Below, piece by piece: positions 9,458 to 17,790 of a stretch of DNA of 36,160 bases. Below the pieces are notes generated by a model. The model was not told the DNA's origin, made no database searches, and saw only the letters and a program-made list of their open reading frames with translations. How positions within the stretch are numbered: the first letter of the stretch is position 1; every line of letters begins with the position of its first letter. The stretch comes from an uncultured Planctomycetaceae bacterium (lineage in GTDB: Bacteria; Planctomycetota; Planctomycetia; Pirellulales; Thermoguttaceae): positions 1-36,160 of the forward strand of contig CAZLDQ010000029.1 in NCBI GenBank assembly GCA_964558295.1, written 5' to 3'. A program made the position numbers and the translations under genes.

Positions 9458-10063
9458 ATGTTTCTCTATTTCGATCTCGGAAAAGTCCTTCTGGAGTTCA
9501 GTGTTCCACGGATGTGTCAGCAGATTGGTGCCGTTGCAGGAGTCACCGTGGAACGGGTCAAGGAGGTGGTCTTTGATAGTCACCTCCAGGGTCGCTACGA
9601 ACGGGGGGAGATTACGACCGAAGAGTTCTGTGAGGCCTTTTGCCAATTGACCGGCGCGAAGGTCGATTGGGCTGCCCTAACGTTGGCGGCCAGCGACATC
9701 TTCGAGCTGAACACGAGCATGTTGCCGGTGATCGGTCAACTCCAGGCGGCCGGCCATCGGATGGGGATTCTGTCGAACACTTGTGCCGGCCATTGGGCGT
9801 ACTGTTGGGCGCGATTTCGGTTGTTGCAAGAGGCCTTTTCGGTCTATGCCTTGAGCTACGAGTTGAAAGCGGCGAAGCCCGACCTGACGATCTACCTGGA
9901 GGCGGCCCGGCTGGCGGGTGTGACCCCCAGTGAGGTGTTTTACACGGATGACCTTCTTGTCAATGTGGAAGGGGCCCGCGCGGCAGGTTTCGATGCGGTC
10001 CTCTACAGTTCCACTCCGCAACTGATCCGCGATCTGCACGAACGCAAGCTTTGGTGTTGCTAG
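9458..10063 (+). CDS. HAD-superfamily hydrolase (subfamily IA-like).
   Basis: Motif I FDLGKVL (DxG variant) at the N-terminus, GILSNT (motif II), K...YTDD (motifs III/IV). Start set at Met 9458; the upstream extension from 9368 is non-homologous. Confidence 0.72.
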   Translation: MFLYFDLGKVLLEFSVPRMCQQIGAVAGVTVERVKEVVFDSHLQGRYERGEITTEEFCEAFCQLTGAKVDWAALTLAASDIFELNTSMLPVIGQLQAAGHRMGILSNTCAGHWAYCWARFRLLQEAFSVYALSYELKAAKPDLTIYLEAARLAGVTPSEVFYTDDLLVNVEGARAAGFDAVLYSSTPQLIRDLHERKLWCC

Positions 10064-11382
10064 AAGATGTAGCGGTTTACGACGTTTTCGAACAGTTCCT
10101 GATGACCGCTTTTGTTGCCGGAGATTTCGCCTTTGCGGAGCATGTATTTTTCTAGCGAGGCGAGGTCATGCTTGCCTTCTTCGATCTCTGCGCCGAGCCC
10201 TTTGTCCCAGGAGCTGTAGCGGTCCTGGAGCATCTGGGCCAGTTGGCCGTCCTTGCGGATTTCGGCGGCGATCTTGAGGCCCTTGGCAAAGGTGTCCATG
10301 CCGCCGATGTGGGCGTAGAAGAGGTCGATCGGCTCGAAGCTTTCGCGGCGCACTTTGGCGTCGAAGTTTACGCCGCCCGGGGCGATGCCACCGTACTTGA
10401 GGAAGCAGAGCATGATCTTGGTGGTCATATAGACATCGGTGGGGAACTGGTCGGTGTCCCAGCCGAGGAGCATGTCGCCGGTGTTGGCATCGACCGAGCC
10501 CAAGAAGCCCTGGCAGCCGGCGTAGTCCAATTCGTGTTCAACATTGTGCCCGGCCAGCGTGGCGTGGTTGGTCTCGATGTTCAGTTTGAAGTACGGGGCC
10601 AAGTCGTAGGCGCGGAGGAAGTTGATGCAAGCGGCCGCATCGAAATCGTATTGGTGCTTCGTCGGTTCCTTGGGTTTCGGCTCGATAAGGAACTGTCCTT
10701 TGAAGCCGATTTTATTGGCGTAGTCGACGGCCAGGTGCAAGAACGTGGCCAGATGGTCCAGCTCGCGTTTCATATCGGTGTTCCACCAGGTCTGATAGCC
10801 TTCGCGGCCGCCCCAGAACACATAGCCGGAGCCGCCAAGTTCCAAGGTCACTTCGAGGGCTTTTTTCACCTGCGCGGCGGCGTAGGCAAAGGCTTCGGAG
10901 TTGGGGCTGGTGGCAGCTCCGTGCATGTAGCGGGGATTGCTGAACAAGTTGGCGGTTCCCCAGAGCAACTTGATTCCGGTCCGCTGCATCTCCTTTTTGG
11001 CCGCCTTGACCACCTTGTCGAGATTCCGGTTGCTTTCGGCCAGCTTCTTGCCTTCAGGAGCGATGTCGCGATCGTGGAAACAGAAGAACGGGGCGCCGAG
11101 CTTCTCCATGAACTCGAAGCCGACGCGCACGCGATTGATCGCATTCTCGACCGTGTCCTGCCCGGCCTCCCAGGGACGCAACATGGTGCCGGGGCCGAAG
11201 GGATCGGCGCCCGTGCCTCGCAACGTGTGCCAGTAAGCCACGCTGAAACGGAGGTGGTCCTTCATCGTCTTCCCTTCAACCTTCTCGTTCTCATCGTAGT
11301 AACGGAAGGCCAGCGGGTTCTTCGAATCGGGGCCCTCGAACTGGATCTTCTTGACGTTCGGAAATGCAGCGCTGGTGGCCAT
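10060..11382 (-). CDS. xylA: Xylose isomerase.
   Basis: Full-length XylA similarity ([28 protein letters not shown]..., FCFHDRD, catalytic His/Asp/Glu metal ligands). 4-nt convergent overlap with the HAD gene. Confidence 0.95.
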   Translation of the reverse strand: MATSAAFPNVKKIQFEGPDSKNPLAFRYYDENEKVEGKTMKDHLRFSVAYWHTLRGTGADPFGPGTMLRPWEAGQDTVENAINRVRVGFEFMEKLGAPFFCFHDRDIAPEGKKLAESNRNLDKVVKAAKKEMQRTGIKLLWGTANLFSNPRYMHGAATSPNSEAFAYAAAQVKKALEVTLELGGSGYVFWGGREGYQTWWNTDMKRELDHLATFLHLAVDYANKIGFKGQFLIEPKPKEPTKHQYDFDAAACINFLRAYDLAPYFKLNIETNHATLAGHNVEHELDYAGCQGFLGSVDANTGDMLLGWDTDQFPTDVYMTTKIMLCFLKYGGIAPGGVNFDAKVRRESFEPIDLFYAHIGGMDTFAKGLKIAAEIRKDGQLAQMLQDRYSSWDKGLGAEIEEGKHDLASLEKYMLRKGEISGNKSGHQELFENVVNRYIF

Positions 11383-11549
11383 GCAGTGTCTCCATGTGGA
11401 AAAAGGAGGCGAAGAACGTGTGTGTCAACAGTGGATGAATCGTGCAAGCGACTATCCTGCCAAATCGTTGCACGGAGAGCAAGGGACTGAAGGTTTCTGA
11501 TTCGGGATTTGGGGAGGAGTCTCGGTGCTTCTGAGAGTTGAAATCCTTC

Positions 11550-12353
11550 TCAGGTGTTCCGCAGCACGAGCCAATCCCCCAGGTTGGGCCAGAGCTGGGA
11601 AATCGCGAAGAGCAACCGGGCCTTGCCGGGTATTACCAACTCAGGCTGGCGCCGCTCGCAGGCCTTTAGGATTGCCTGGGCGAGTTTCTCCGGTGGGATC
11701 GCGCGGACCTTGACCCCGGCACCGGGACGCCGGGCTCGTTCCGGGACATCTTCGATCCCCTCCAGCGGATAGAGGCGGTCGCCGCTGCGGGCAATAGGCC
11801 CGGGGCAGACCAACAGCACGTGTAATCCCTCCGGACCGAGTTCGAGGCGCAACTGCTGGGAGTAGGCCGCCACGGCATGTTTGGTAGCCGGATAGGCGCC
11901 GACCCAACGCGAGGCCGACTTGGCCGCCAGTGAACCGATGTTGACGACATGTCCCCGCTGTTTGAGCAGGTGAGGCATTGCCGCCAGGGTGCAGCGAACC
12001 AGAGCGATCAGATTCAGTTCCATCAGGTCACGGAACTGTTCCGGGGTTGTGTGGAGTATCGTGCCCCGCATCGACCGGCCGGCATTATTCACCAGCACGT
12101 CGAGCCGACCAAACCGTCCTACGGCCTGCTCGATCATCGCATCAACTTCGTCCTGCTGGGTGATGTTGGCCGCGATCCCCAGCACGTCGGTGCCGGCTTC
12201 GGCCAATTCGTCGGCCGTCTGCCGAACGGCCTCGGCTTCCAGCCCGACGACGATCAGTTTGGCCCCTGCCGCTGCATAGGCATTGGCGATGATCCGCCCC
12301 AACCCACTTGAACCACCTGTGACGAGGACAACTTTTTCTTTCCAGAATGACAT
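11550..12353 (-). CDS. Short-chain dehydrogenase/reductase (SDR) family oxidoreductase.
   Basis: TGGSSGLG Rossmann motif, NNAG, catalytic Y-x3-K (YPATK). Start at ATG 12353 (MSFWKEK); the ORF-track extension to 12482 is unlikely. Confidence 0.85.
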   Translation of the reverse strand: MSFWKEKVVLVTGGSSGLGRIIANAYAAAGAKLIVVGLEAEAVRQTADELAEAGTDVLGIAANITQQDEVDAMIEQAVGRFGRLDVLVNNAGRSMRGTILHTTPEQFRDLMELNLIALVRCTLAAMPHLLKQRGHVVNIGSLAAKSASRWVGAYPATKHAVAAYSQQLRLELGPEGLHVLLVCPGPIARSGDRLYPLEGIEDVPERARRPGAGVKVRAIPPEKLAQAILKACERRQPELVIPGKARLLFAISQLWPNLGDWLVLRNT

Positions 12354-12551
12354 GGCAAATGCGATATTCGGAAGGCGGCCGCCGGAACGGACTTCCGGGG
12401 GGGACTTTTGACAAAAGAACCCAGGGCGTCTCTCCCAACGAAAGAAACGACCTTGGGGAGCCACATTGAGACACCCCATCATAACCCAATCCCGCCACCG
12501 CTGCCAGGCAGCGATGGGACGGCGAGGATCAGGATTGATGATTTATGACTC

Positions 12552-12596
12552 ATGATTTGGGTTTTGGGAATCGGAGCCCCACAAATCCCAAATCAT
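12552..12596. terminator. Hairpin: perfect 10-bp inverted repeat atgatttggg/cccaaatcat with a 25-nt loop, downstream of ispH; possible terminator.
   Basis: Inverted repeat read directly. Embedded TTTGGGTTTTGGG G-tract. No clear U-run. Confidence 0.3.
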
Positions 12597-12613
12597 TCAT
12601 CCCAAGTCCCCAA

Positions 12614-13537
12614 TCACTTCCTCAGTTCTCCGGGCAACACGAAGTGAACTTCTTCCTTCCGCAGCTCGCGTAGTTCGAGCGTGGCTTGAAAGCGTTCTTC
12701 CAAGAATCGGATGCATTCTTGCACCAGCGATTCCGGGGCACTGGCGCCGGCGGTGATGAGCACGGTTTCGTTGCCCTGGAACCAAGCTGGAACGATGTCG
12801 GAAGGGCCATCGATCAGATGGGCAGGAATGCCGGTTGAGCGGGCCAATTCGGCTAACCGCTGGCTGTTCGAGCTATTCTGGCTTCCGATGACTAGGGCCA
12901 CGTCCGCCTCGCGAGACAACGCGCGTACCGCTTCTTGACGGTTCTGCGTGGCGTAGCAGATGTCGTCCTTTGGCGGGCCGACGATCCCAGGAAACCGTTC
13001 TTGGAGCCTTGCAATGATTCGAGCGGCGTCGTCGATTGACAGGGTAGTCTGGGTTAAATAGGCAAGGTGATCGGGATTGGTTATCTCCAGGCGGTCGACG
13101 TCGGCCACATTTCCCACCAGGACGATAGCCTCCGGTGCCTCGCCCATTGTGCCGATTACCTCGTCGTGCCCCTTGTGCCCAATCAGCACGATCGTATACC
13201 CCTCCTTGGCATACCGGCTCGCTTCCCGATGGACTTTGGTAACCAGGGGGCAGGTGGCGGCGATCGTGTGGAGCTGGCGCGTTTGGGCCTGCTGCCGAAT
13301 CTCTGGCGACACACCATGGGCCGAATAGAGCACATTGGCCCCCTCGGGGATCTCATTCAAATGGTTGACAAACACGGCTCCCCGCTGACGGAAGTGGTGG
13401 ACCACCCACTTGTTGTGAACGATCTCGTGATAGACGTAGACCGGTGGGCCAAATCGCTCAAGGGCCGTTTCCAGGCTCTCAATTGCCATGTTCACCCCGG
13501 CACAAAATCCTCGTGGGCTGGCCAATAGGATATGCAT
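12614..13537 (-). CDS. ispH: 4-hydroxy-3-methylbut-2-enyl diphosphate reductase.
   Basis: IspH/LytB signatures (MHILLASPRGFCAGVNMAIE..., conserved Cys ligands, VYVYHEIVHN). Divergently oriented from hpnCDE. Confidence 0.92.
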   Translation of the reverse strand: MHILLASPRGFCAGVNMAIESLETALERFGPPVYVYHEIVHNKWVVHHFRQRGAVFVNHLNEIPEGANVLYSAHGVSPEIRQQAQTRQLHTIAATCPLVTKVHREASRYAKEGYTIVLIGHKGHDEVIGTMGEAPEAIVLVGNVADVDRLEITNPDHLAYLTQTTLSIDDAARIIARLQERFPGIVGPPKDDICYATQNRQEAVRALSREADVALVIGSQNSSNSQRLAELARSTGIPAHLIDGPSDIVPAWFQGNETVLITAGASAPESLVQECIRFLEERFQATLELRELRKEEVHFVLPGELRK

Positions 13538-13663
13538 GGTTCCCTCAAGGGCAGAAAAAGGGCATAATGGGTTTACGTGGATGGTGGATGGCTGCCGTTG
13601 GCCATCCGTGGGGGCTTATTTGCTACTAACGGTGTTTTTTCTAAGAATCCCGGCAGTCGTCTG

Positions 13664-14599
13664 ATGTCCGATTCGTTCGCGACAGACCTGCAATTGTACG
13701 GTCCCGGCGCTGAGGTGCCAAAGAAACTGTCGGCGAGGCAGTGCCGGCGGTACTGTCGGCGGTTAGCGAGGCGGCACTACGAGAATTTTACGGTCGTCAG
13801 TTGGCTGTTGCCGCGACATTTACGTCAGCATTTTTGCCATATCTATGCCTATTGCCGTTGGGCCGACGACTTGGCCGACGAGACGGCCGGTCCCAAGCAG
13901 GCGTTGGCGTTGTTGCAGTGGTGGGAGAGTCTCCTGCAACTGTGCTATCGTGGCGAGGCCCAGCATCCGGTGTTTGTCGCTCTGGGGGAGACGATCCGTG
14001 AGTTCAACATTCCGATCGACCCGCTGGCCGATCTATTGGTGGCCTTCCGGCAAGATCAACAGGTGGTGCGGTATGAGACCCAGGAGCAGTTGATCGGTTA
14101 CTGCCGCTATTCGGCCAATCCCGTGGGCCGGTTGGTCTTGTTTCTGGGGCGATGCCATGACGTGCGGCGGGGGCTCTTGGCCGATTCAATTTGTACGGGG
14201 CTGCAACTGGCCAATTTCTGCCAGGACGTTGCCCGGGACTATGCCCGCGGGCGGATTTATATCCCGCAGACGCAACTGCATCGCTTCGGCTGCGACGAAT
14301 CCGTCTTTGCCCGTCGCGAGGCGAATGGGCCCTTTCGTCGGCTGCTGGAGGCCGAGGTGGCCGAGGCTGAAGGCTGGTTGCGCCGTGGGCAGCCGTTGGT
14401 GGAGTTGGTACCTGAGGAGTTGCGGTTCGACGTGGCGCTGTTTGTCGAAGGAGGCTTGGCGATCCTGGAGGCGATTCGCCGGCAGCAGTTTGACGTCTGG
14501 TCGCGCCGGCCCGTGATTGGCAAGCTTGCAAAGCTCCGATTGGCGGCGCGTGTCTGGTGGCAGCTTCGCCGAGGACGATATCCCGGAAACCCGTCATGA
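13664..14599 (+). CDS. hpnC: Squalene/phytoene-synthase-family enzyme, HpnC-like (hydroxysqualene synthase).
   Basis: CRRLARRHYENFTVVSWLLPRHLRQHF..YAYCRWADDLADE is typical of HpnC (trans-isoprenyl diphosphate synthase head-to-head family). Its stop overlaps the next start as ATGA. Confidence 0.8.
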   Translation: MSDSFATDLQLYGPGAEVPKKLSARQCRRYCRRLARRHYENFTVVSWLLPRHLRQHFCHIYAYCRWADDLADETAGPKQALALLQWWESLLQLCYRGEAQHPVFVALGETIREFNIPIDPLADLLVAFRQDQQVVRYETQEQLIGYCRYSANPVGRLVLFLGRCHDVRRGLLADSICTGLQLANFCQDVARDYARGRIYIPQTQLHRFGCDESVFARREANGPFRRLLEAEVAEAEGWLRRGQPLVELVPEELRFDVALFVEGGLAILEAIRRQQFDVWSRRPVIGKLAKLRLAARVWWQLRRGRYPGNPS

Positions 14600-15492
14600 G
14601 TCGATCCCGCCCAGTGCTTGCGGCGAGCTATGCCTTTTGTCATCAGGTGGTGCGTCAGGCTCGGTCGAGCTTTTCGCCGTGCTTTTTGTTGCTTCCGCGG
14701 CCGAAACGCCGGGCCATGGAGGCCCTGTATGCCTTCATGCGGCAGACGGATGACTTGGCCGACAATCCTCGCCCGACGGTCGAGCGTCGGGCGGCCCTTG
14801 CCGGTTGGCGTACGGCGCTCGACGCTGCCCTGTCCGGTTCGGCCGATGCTGTCGAGTTGCCTGGTTCACTTCTGCTGCCAGCGGTGGCCGACACGGTCCA
14901 TGCCTTCCAGATTCCTAAGGAATACCTGCACGCGGTGATCGACGGCGTGGAGATGGATCTGGAACGCCCGTATTACGAGACGTTTTCCGAACTGGCCGAA
15001 TACTGCCGCCGCGTGGCTTCGGCCGTGGGCTTGGCCTGTATTTACGTCTGGGGTTTTCGTGGCGACGAGGCGTTTCATTTAGCCCAGCAATGCGGCGTGG
15101 CGTTCCAGTTGACGAATATCCTCCGCGATCTGAAGGAGGACGCTCAACAAGGTCGTGTCTATCTGCCGCGGGAAGACCTCCGCGCGTGCGGCTATCCGGC
15201 GGAGGATTTGGCGCGGGGGATTGTTGACAAGCGGTTCGAGCGGCTCATGGCCTTGGAACTGGAACGTGCCGAGCGGCTCTATCGGGAAGGGGCCGAGTTG
15301 GCACACTATCTGGAACCGGATGGGCGGCGGATTTTCGGAATGATGACGACGGTCTATTACCGTCTGCTGGGTGAGGTTCGCCGTCGCCAACACGAAGTCC
15401 TGGTGCGACGGATCCGTTTGAGTGCCTGGCAGAAACTCCGCGTTGCCTGTCGTTGGACGTTGTTTCCGCCGCGGAGTCTGGTGTTGGGGTGA
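14596..15492 (+). CDS. hpnD: Squalene/phytoene-synthase-family enzyme, HpnD-like (presqualene diphosphate synthase).
   Basis: SYAFCHQVVRQARSSFSPCFLLLPRPKRRAMEALYAFMRQTDDLAD matches the HpnD signature. ATG 14596 overlaps the hpnC stop (ATGA). Confidence 0.8.
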   Translation: MSRSRPVLAASYAFCHQVVRQARSSFSPCFLLLPRPKRRAMEALYAFMRQTDDLADNPRPTVERRAALAGWRTALDAALSGSADAVELPGSLLLPAVADTVHAFQIPKEYLHAVIDGVEMDLERPYYETFSELAEYCRRVASAVGLACIYVWGFRGDEAFHLAQQCGVAFQLTNILRDLKEDAQQGRVYLPREDLRACGYPAEDLARGIVDKRFERLMALELERAERLYREGAELAHYLEPDGRRIFGMMTTVYYRLLGEVRRRQHEVLVRRIRLSAWQKLRVACRWTLFPPRSLVLG

Positions 15493-15593
15493 GCGCGCTG
15501 GAATTCTTGGCAGCTAGAGCTAATAATGACAAGGCATGACTACTCCCGGCCCGAGGGAATGATCATGCGTGTGATGAGCGAAAGGAAGGGTTG

Positions 15594-15845
15594 ATGCAAA
15601 CGATTACCCTGGAACTTCCGGAAGAAGTTTTTTCCGCTTTGCGTCGTTCACCGGAGGAGTTCGTTCGCGAAATGCGTCTGGCTGCATCGACCCACTGGTA
15701 TGAGCGGGGTGGGATTTCTCAAGAAAAGGCCGCTCAAATCGCCGGCATGGATCGAACCGATTTTCTCGCCGCCTTGGCCCAGAATCAAGTGAACGTGTTT
15801 CATGTGGACCTGCAGGAACTGAAACAGGAGTTGGAGCGTGAATGA
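15594..15845 (+). CDS. UPF0175-family antitoxin (small DNA-binding protein).
   Basis: 84-aa product with UPF0175-like sequence (ELPEEV...SQEKAAQIAGMDRTDFLAALAQ). AAGGAAGG ribosome-binding site 5 nt upstream of the ATG. 8-nt overlap with the downstream toxin gene. ATGATCAT palindrome ~30 nt upstream. Confidence 0.7.
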   Translation: MQTITLELPEEVFSALRRSPEEFVREMRLAASTHWYERGGISQEKAAQIAGMDRTDFLAALAQNQVNVFHVDLQELKQELERE

Positions 15846-16323
15846 GCCACCTGCGGTCAACACATCTTCTTTGATTTTCTTGGCAAGGGGAGGTTGTCTT
15901 GACTTACTCCTGGTAGCCGGGCCACGACTGATCTTCCCCCAGAGTGTGGCGACCGAGATTCATCGACGTGGCTTGGAAGATGTGACCTCCCTGGCGATCC
16001 GACGAGTCCCATGGTTGGCCGTCGTTCCTGATCCAAAAGTCCCTGCCTTGATCCAGTCGGGGGATTTGGGGCCAGGTGAGGCTGCCATGCTTGCCTGGGC
16101 CCATGCTCATCCGGGGACCGAAGTGAGCATCGACGACCATGCCGGCCGCCGATGCGCTACCGCGATCGATATTCCTGTTCGTGGCACGCTGGGATTGGTC
16201 CTGAAAGCCAAGCAACGCGGTATTATTGACAATGCGCGTATCATCCTGGAGCAGATGGTCCAGGCGGGAATGTACCTCTCTCCGCGAGTTTTTAACCAGG
16301 CTCTCGTGCTCGTGGGCGAATGA
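15838..16323 (+). CDS. DUF3368-family PIN-like putative toxin (predicted nucleic-acid-binding/ribonuclease).
   Basis: 161-aa product, GTG start overlapping the antitoxin stop. UPF0175+DUF3368 is a recurrent two-gene toxin-antitoxin arrangement. Its TGA stop overlaps the hpnE ATG (ATGA). Confidence 0.68.
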   Translation: MNEPPAVNTSSLIFLARGGCLDLLLVAGPRLIFPQSVATEIHRRGLEDVTSLAIRRVPWLAVVPDPKVPALIQSGDLGPGEAAMLAWAHAHPGTEVSIDDHAGRRCATAIDIPVRGTLGLVLKAKQRGIIDNARIILEQMVQAGMYLSPRVFNQALVLVGE

Positions 16324-17663
16324 CCAATCCAACCGAACAACAGTCTCCCTCCCGCGTCGCCATCATCGGCGGCGGTCTGGCTGGATTGGCGGCGGCCGTA
16401 GCGGCGGTCAACGCGGGACTGCGGGTCGAATTGTTCGAGGCGAAACGCCGGCTTGGCGGGCGGGCGGGGTCGTTTTACGACGTGCAGTCGGGCGAACTGA
16501 TCGACTATTGCCAGCATGTCTCCATGGGTTGCTGCACCGCGCTGGCTGACTTCTGCCAGCAAACGGGGATTGCCAATTACTTCCGTCGCGATAAGCGACT
16601 CACGTTCATTGGGCCCGACTCTCGCCACTACCGTTTTGTCGCTACCGGTTGGCTGCCGGCTCCATTGCACTTACTTCCTGGCTTGATGCGGCTTGGCTAT
16701 CTTCGGTTGGCCGAGCGGGTCCGGATTATCCAAACCATGCGCCGACTGGTGAGCTTGCCTGCGGAGGATGGGCTTGACGCGCAAACGGTCGAGGGATGGC
16801 TGCGCGAGCAGGGGGAGTCGGAGCAGGCGATCCGCCGGTTTTGGGGCGTCGTCTTGGTCAGTGCGTTGGGCGACAGACTTGATCGGGCGTCGCTGGGTGC
16901 TGCCCAAAAGGTCTTTGCCGACGGCTTCATGAGTTCCCGCCACGCTTACGAACTGGTTGTTCCACGGGTCCCCCTCGGTGAGATTTACGATCGCCGACTG
17001 GCCGCCTGGCTGGCCTCGCGAAACGTTCCCGTGCATCTTGGTACTCGGATTCGAGGATTGGAAGGGGATGACGGTCGGATGACCAAGCTCATGCTGGCCG
17101 ACGGCACGTGTCGGGAGTTCGACTACTTCGTTGTGGCTGTCCCCTGGCATCAGGTGAGAGCACTTTTTTCGGAGTCGGCGTTGAAGCGTCTGCCGGCCCT
17201 CGAACCTGTGGACCAGATCCAGGCGTCGCCGATCACGGGCGTCCATCTCTGGTTTGACCGCCCGATCCTAACGTTGCCACATGCCGTGCTCATCGACCGC
17301 TTGAGCCAATGGGTGTTTCGCCAGGATGAAGCGGGACGGCATTGCCAGGTGGTGATCAGTGCGTCGCAAGAGCTCAAGGGGCGCGACCGTCGGGCGGTGG
17401 TTCAGCAAGTCGGCGAAGAATTGGCCGCGATCTGGCCTGCTGCCCGCGGTGCCCAACTGCTTCATTGGCGCATGGTGACCCAACCGCATGCTGTTTTCTC
17501 GGTTCGGCCGGGATTGGACCGTGTGCGGCCTGTCCAGGAGACTTCGATTGCCAACCTTTTCTTGGCCGGCGACTGGACCGCGACCGGTTGGCCGGCAACG
17601 ATGGAAGGGGCCGTGCGCAGCGGCTACCTGGCGATTGAGTCGTTGCTCGACCGGATGCGGTAG
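16320..17663 (+). CDS. hpnE: Squalene-associated FAD-dependent desaturase/amine-oxidase-family protein, HpnE-like (hydroxysqualene dehydroxylase).
   Basis: N-terminal FAD Rossmann motif VAIIGGGLAGLAAA, E-x7-GGR. Overall HpnE-like length and position after hpnC/hpnD. Confidence 0.85.
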   Translation: MTNPTEQQSPSRVAIIGGGLAGLAAAVAAVNAGLRVELFEAKRRLGGRAGSFYDVQSGELIDYCQHVSMGCCTALADFCQQTGIANYFRRDKRLTFIGPDSRHYRFVATGWLPAPLHLLPGLMRLGYLRLAERVRIIQTMRRLVSLPAEDGLDAQTVEGWLREQGESEQAIRRFWGVVLVSALGDRLDRASLGAAQKVFADGFMSSRHAYELVVPRVPLGEIYDRRLAAWLASRNVPVHLGTRIRGLEGDDGRMTKLMLADGTCREFDYFVVAVPWHQVRALFSESALKRLPALEPVDQIQASPITGVHLWFDRPILTLPHAVLIDRLSQWVFRQDEAGRHCQVVISASQELKGRDRRAVVQQVGEELAAIWPAARGAQLLHWRMVTQPHAVFSVRPGLDRVRPVQETSIANLFLAGDWTATGWPATMEGAVRSGYLAIESLLDRMR

Positions 17664-17790
17664 ACGGCGTGCCCGTGCAGGGGCCCCCTCTTGCTTCTCC
17701 GGGCTTCCCTGATTAGGCTCAGCTTTGATGACGAAAATGAGATTTCCTGCCAGTTCCCCTCGGTTGAACGCCCACCCTCCCGGATTCGCC

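Noticed and set aside
13577-13663. Upstream extension of hpnC (ORF-track start at 13577).
   Set aside because: The N-terminal 29 aa (MDGGWLPLAIRGG...) are not characteristic of the HpnC family, whose homology begins near MSDSFATDL (13664).
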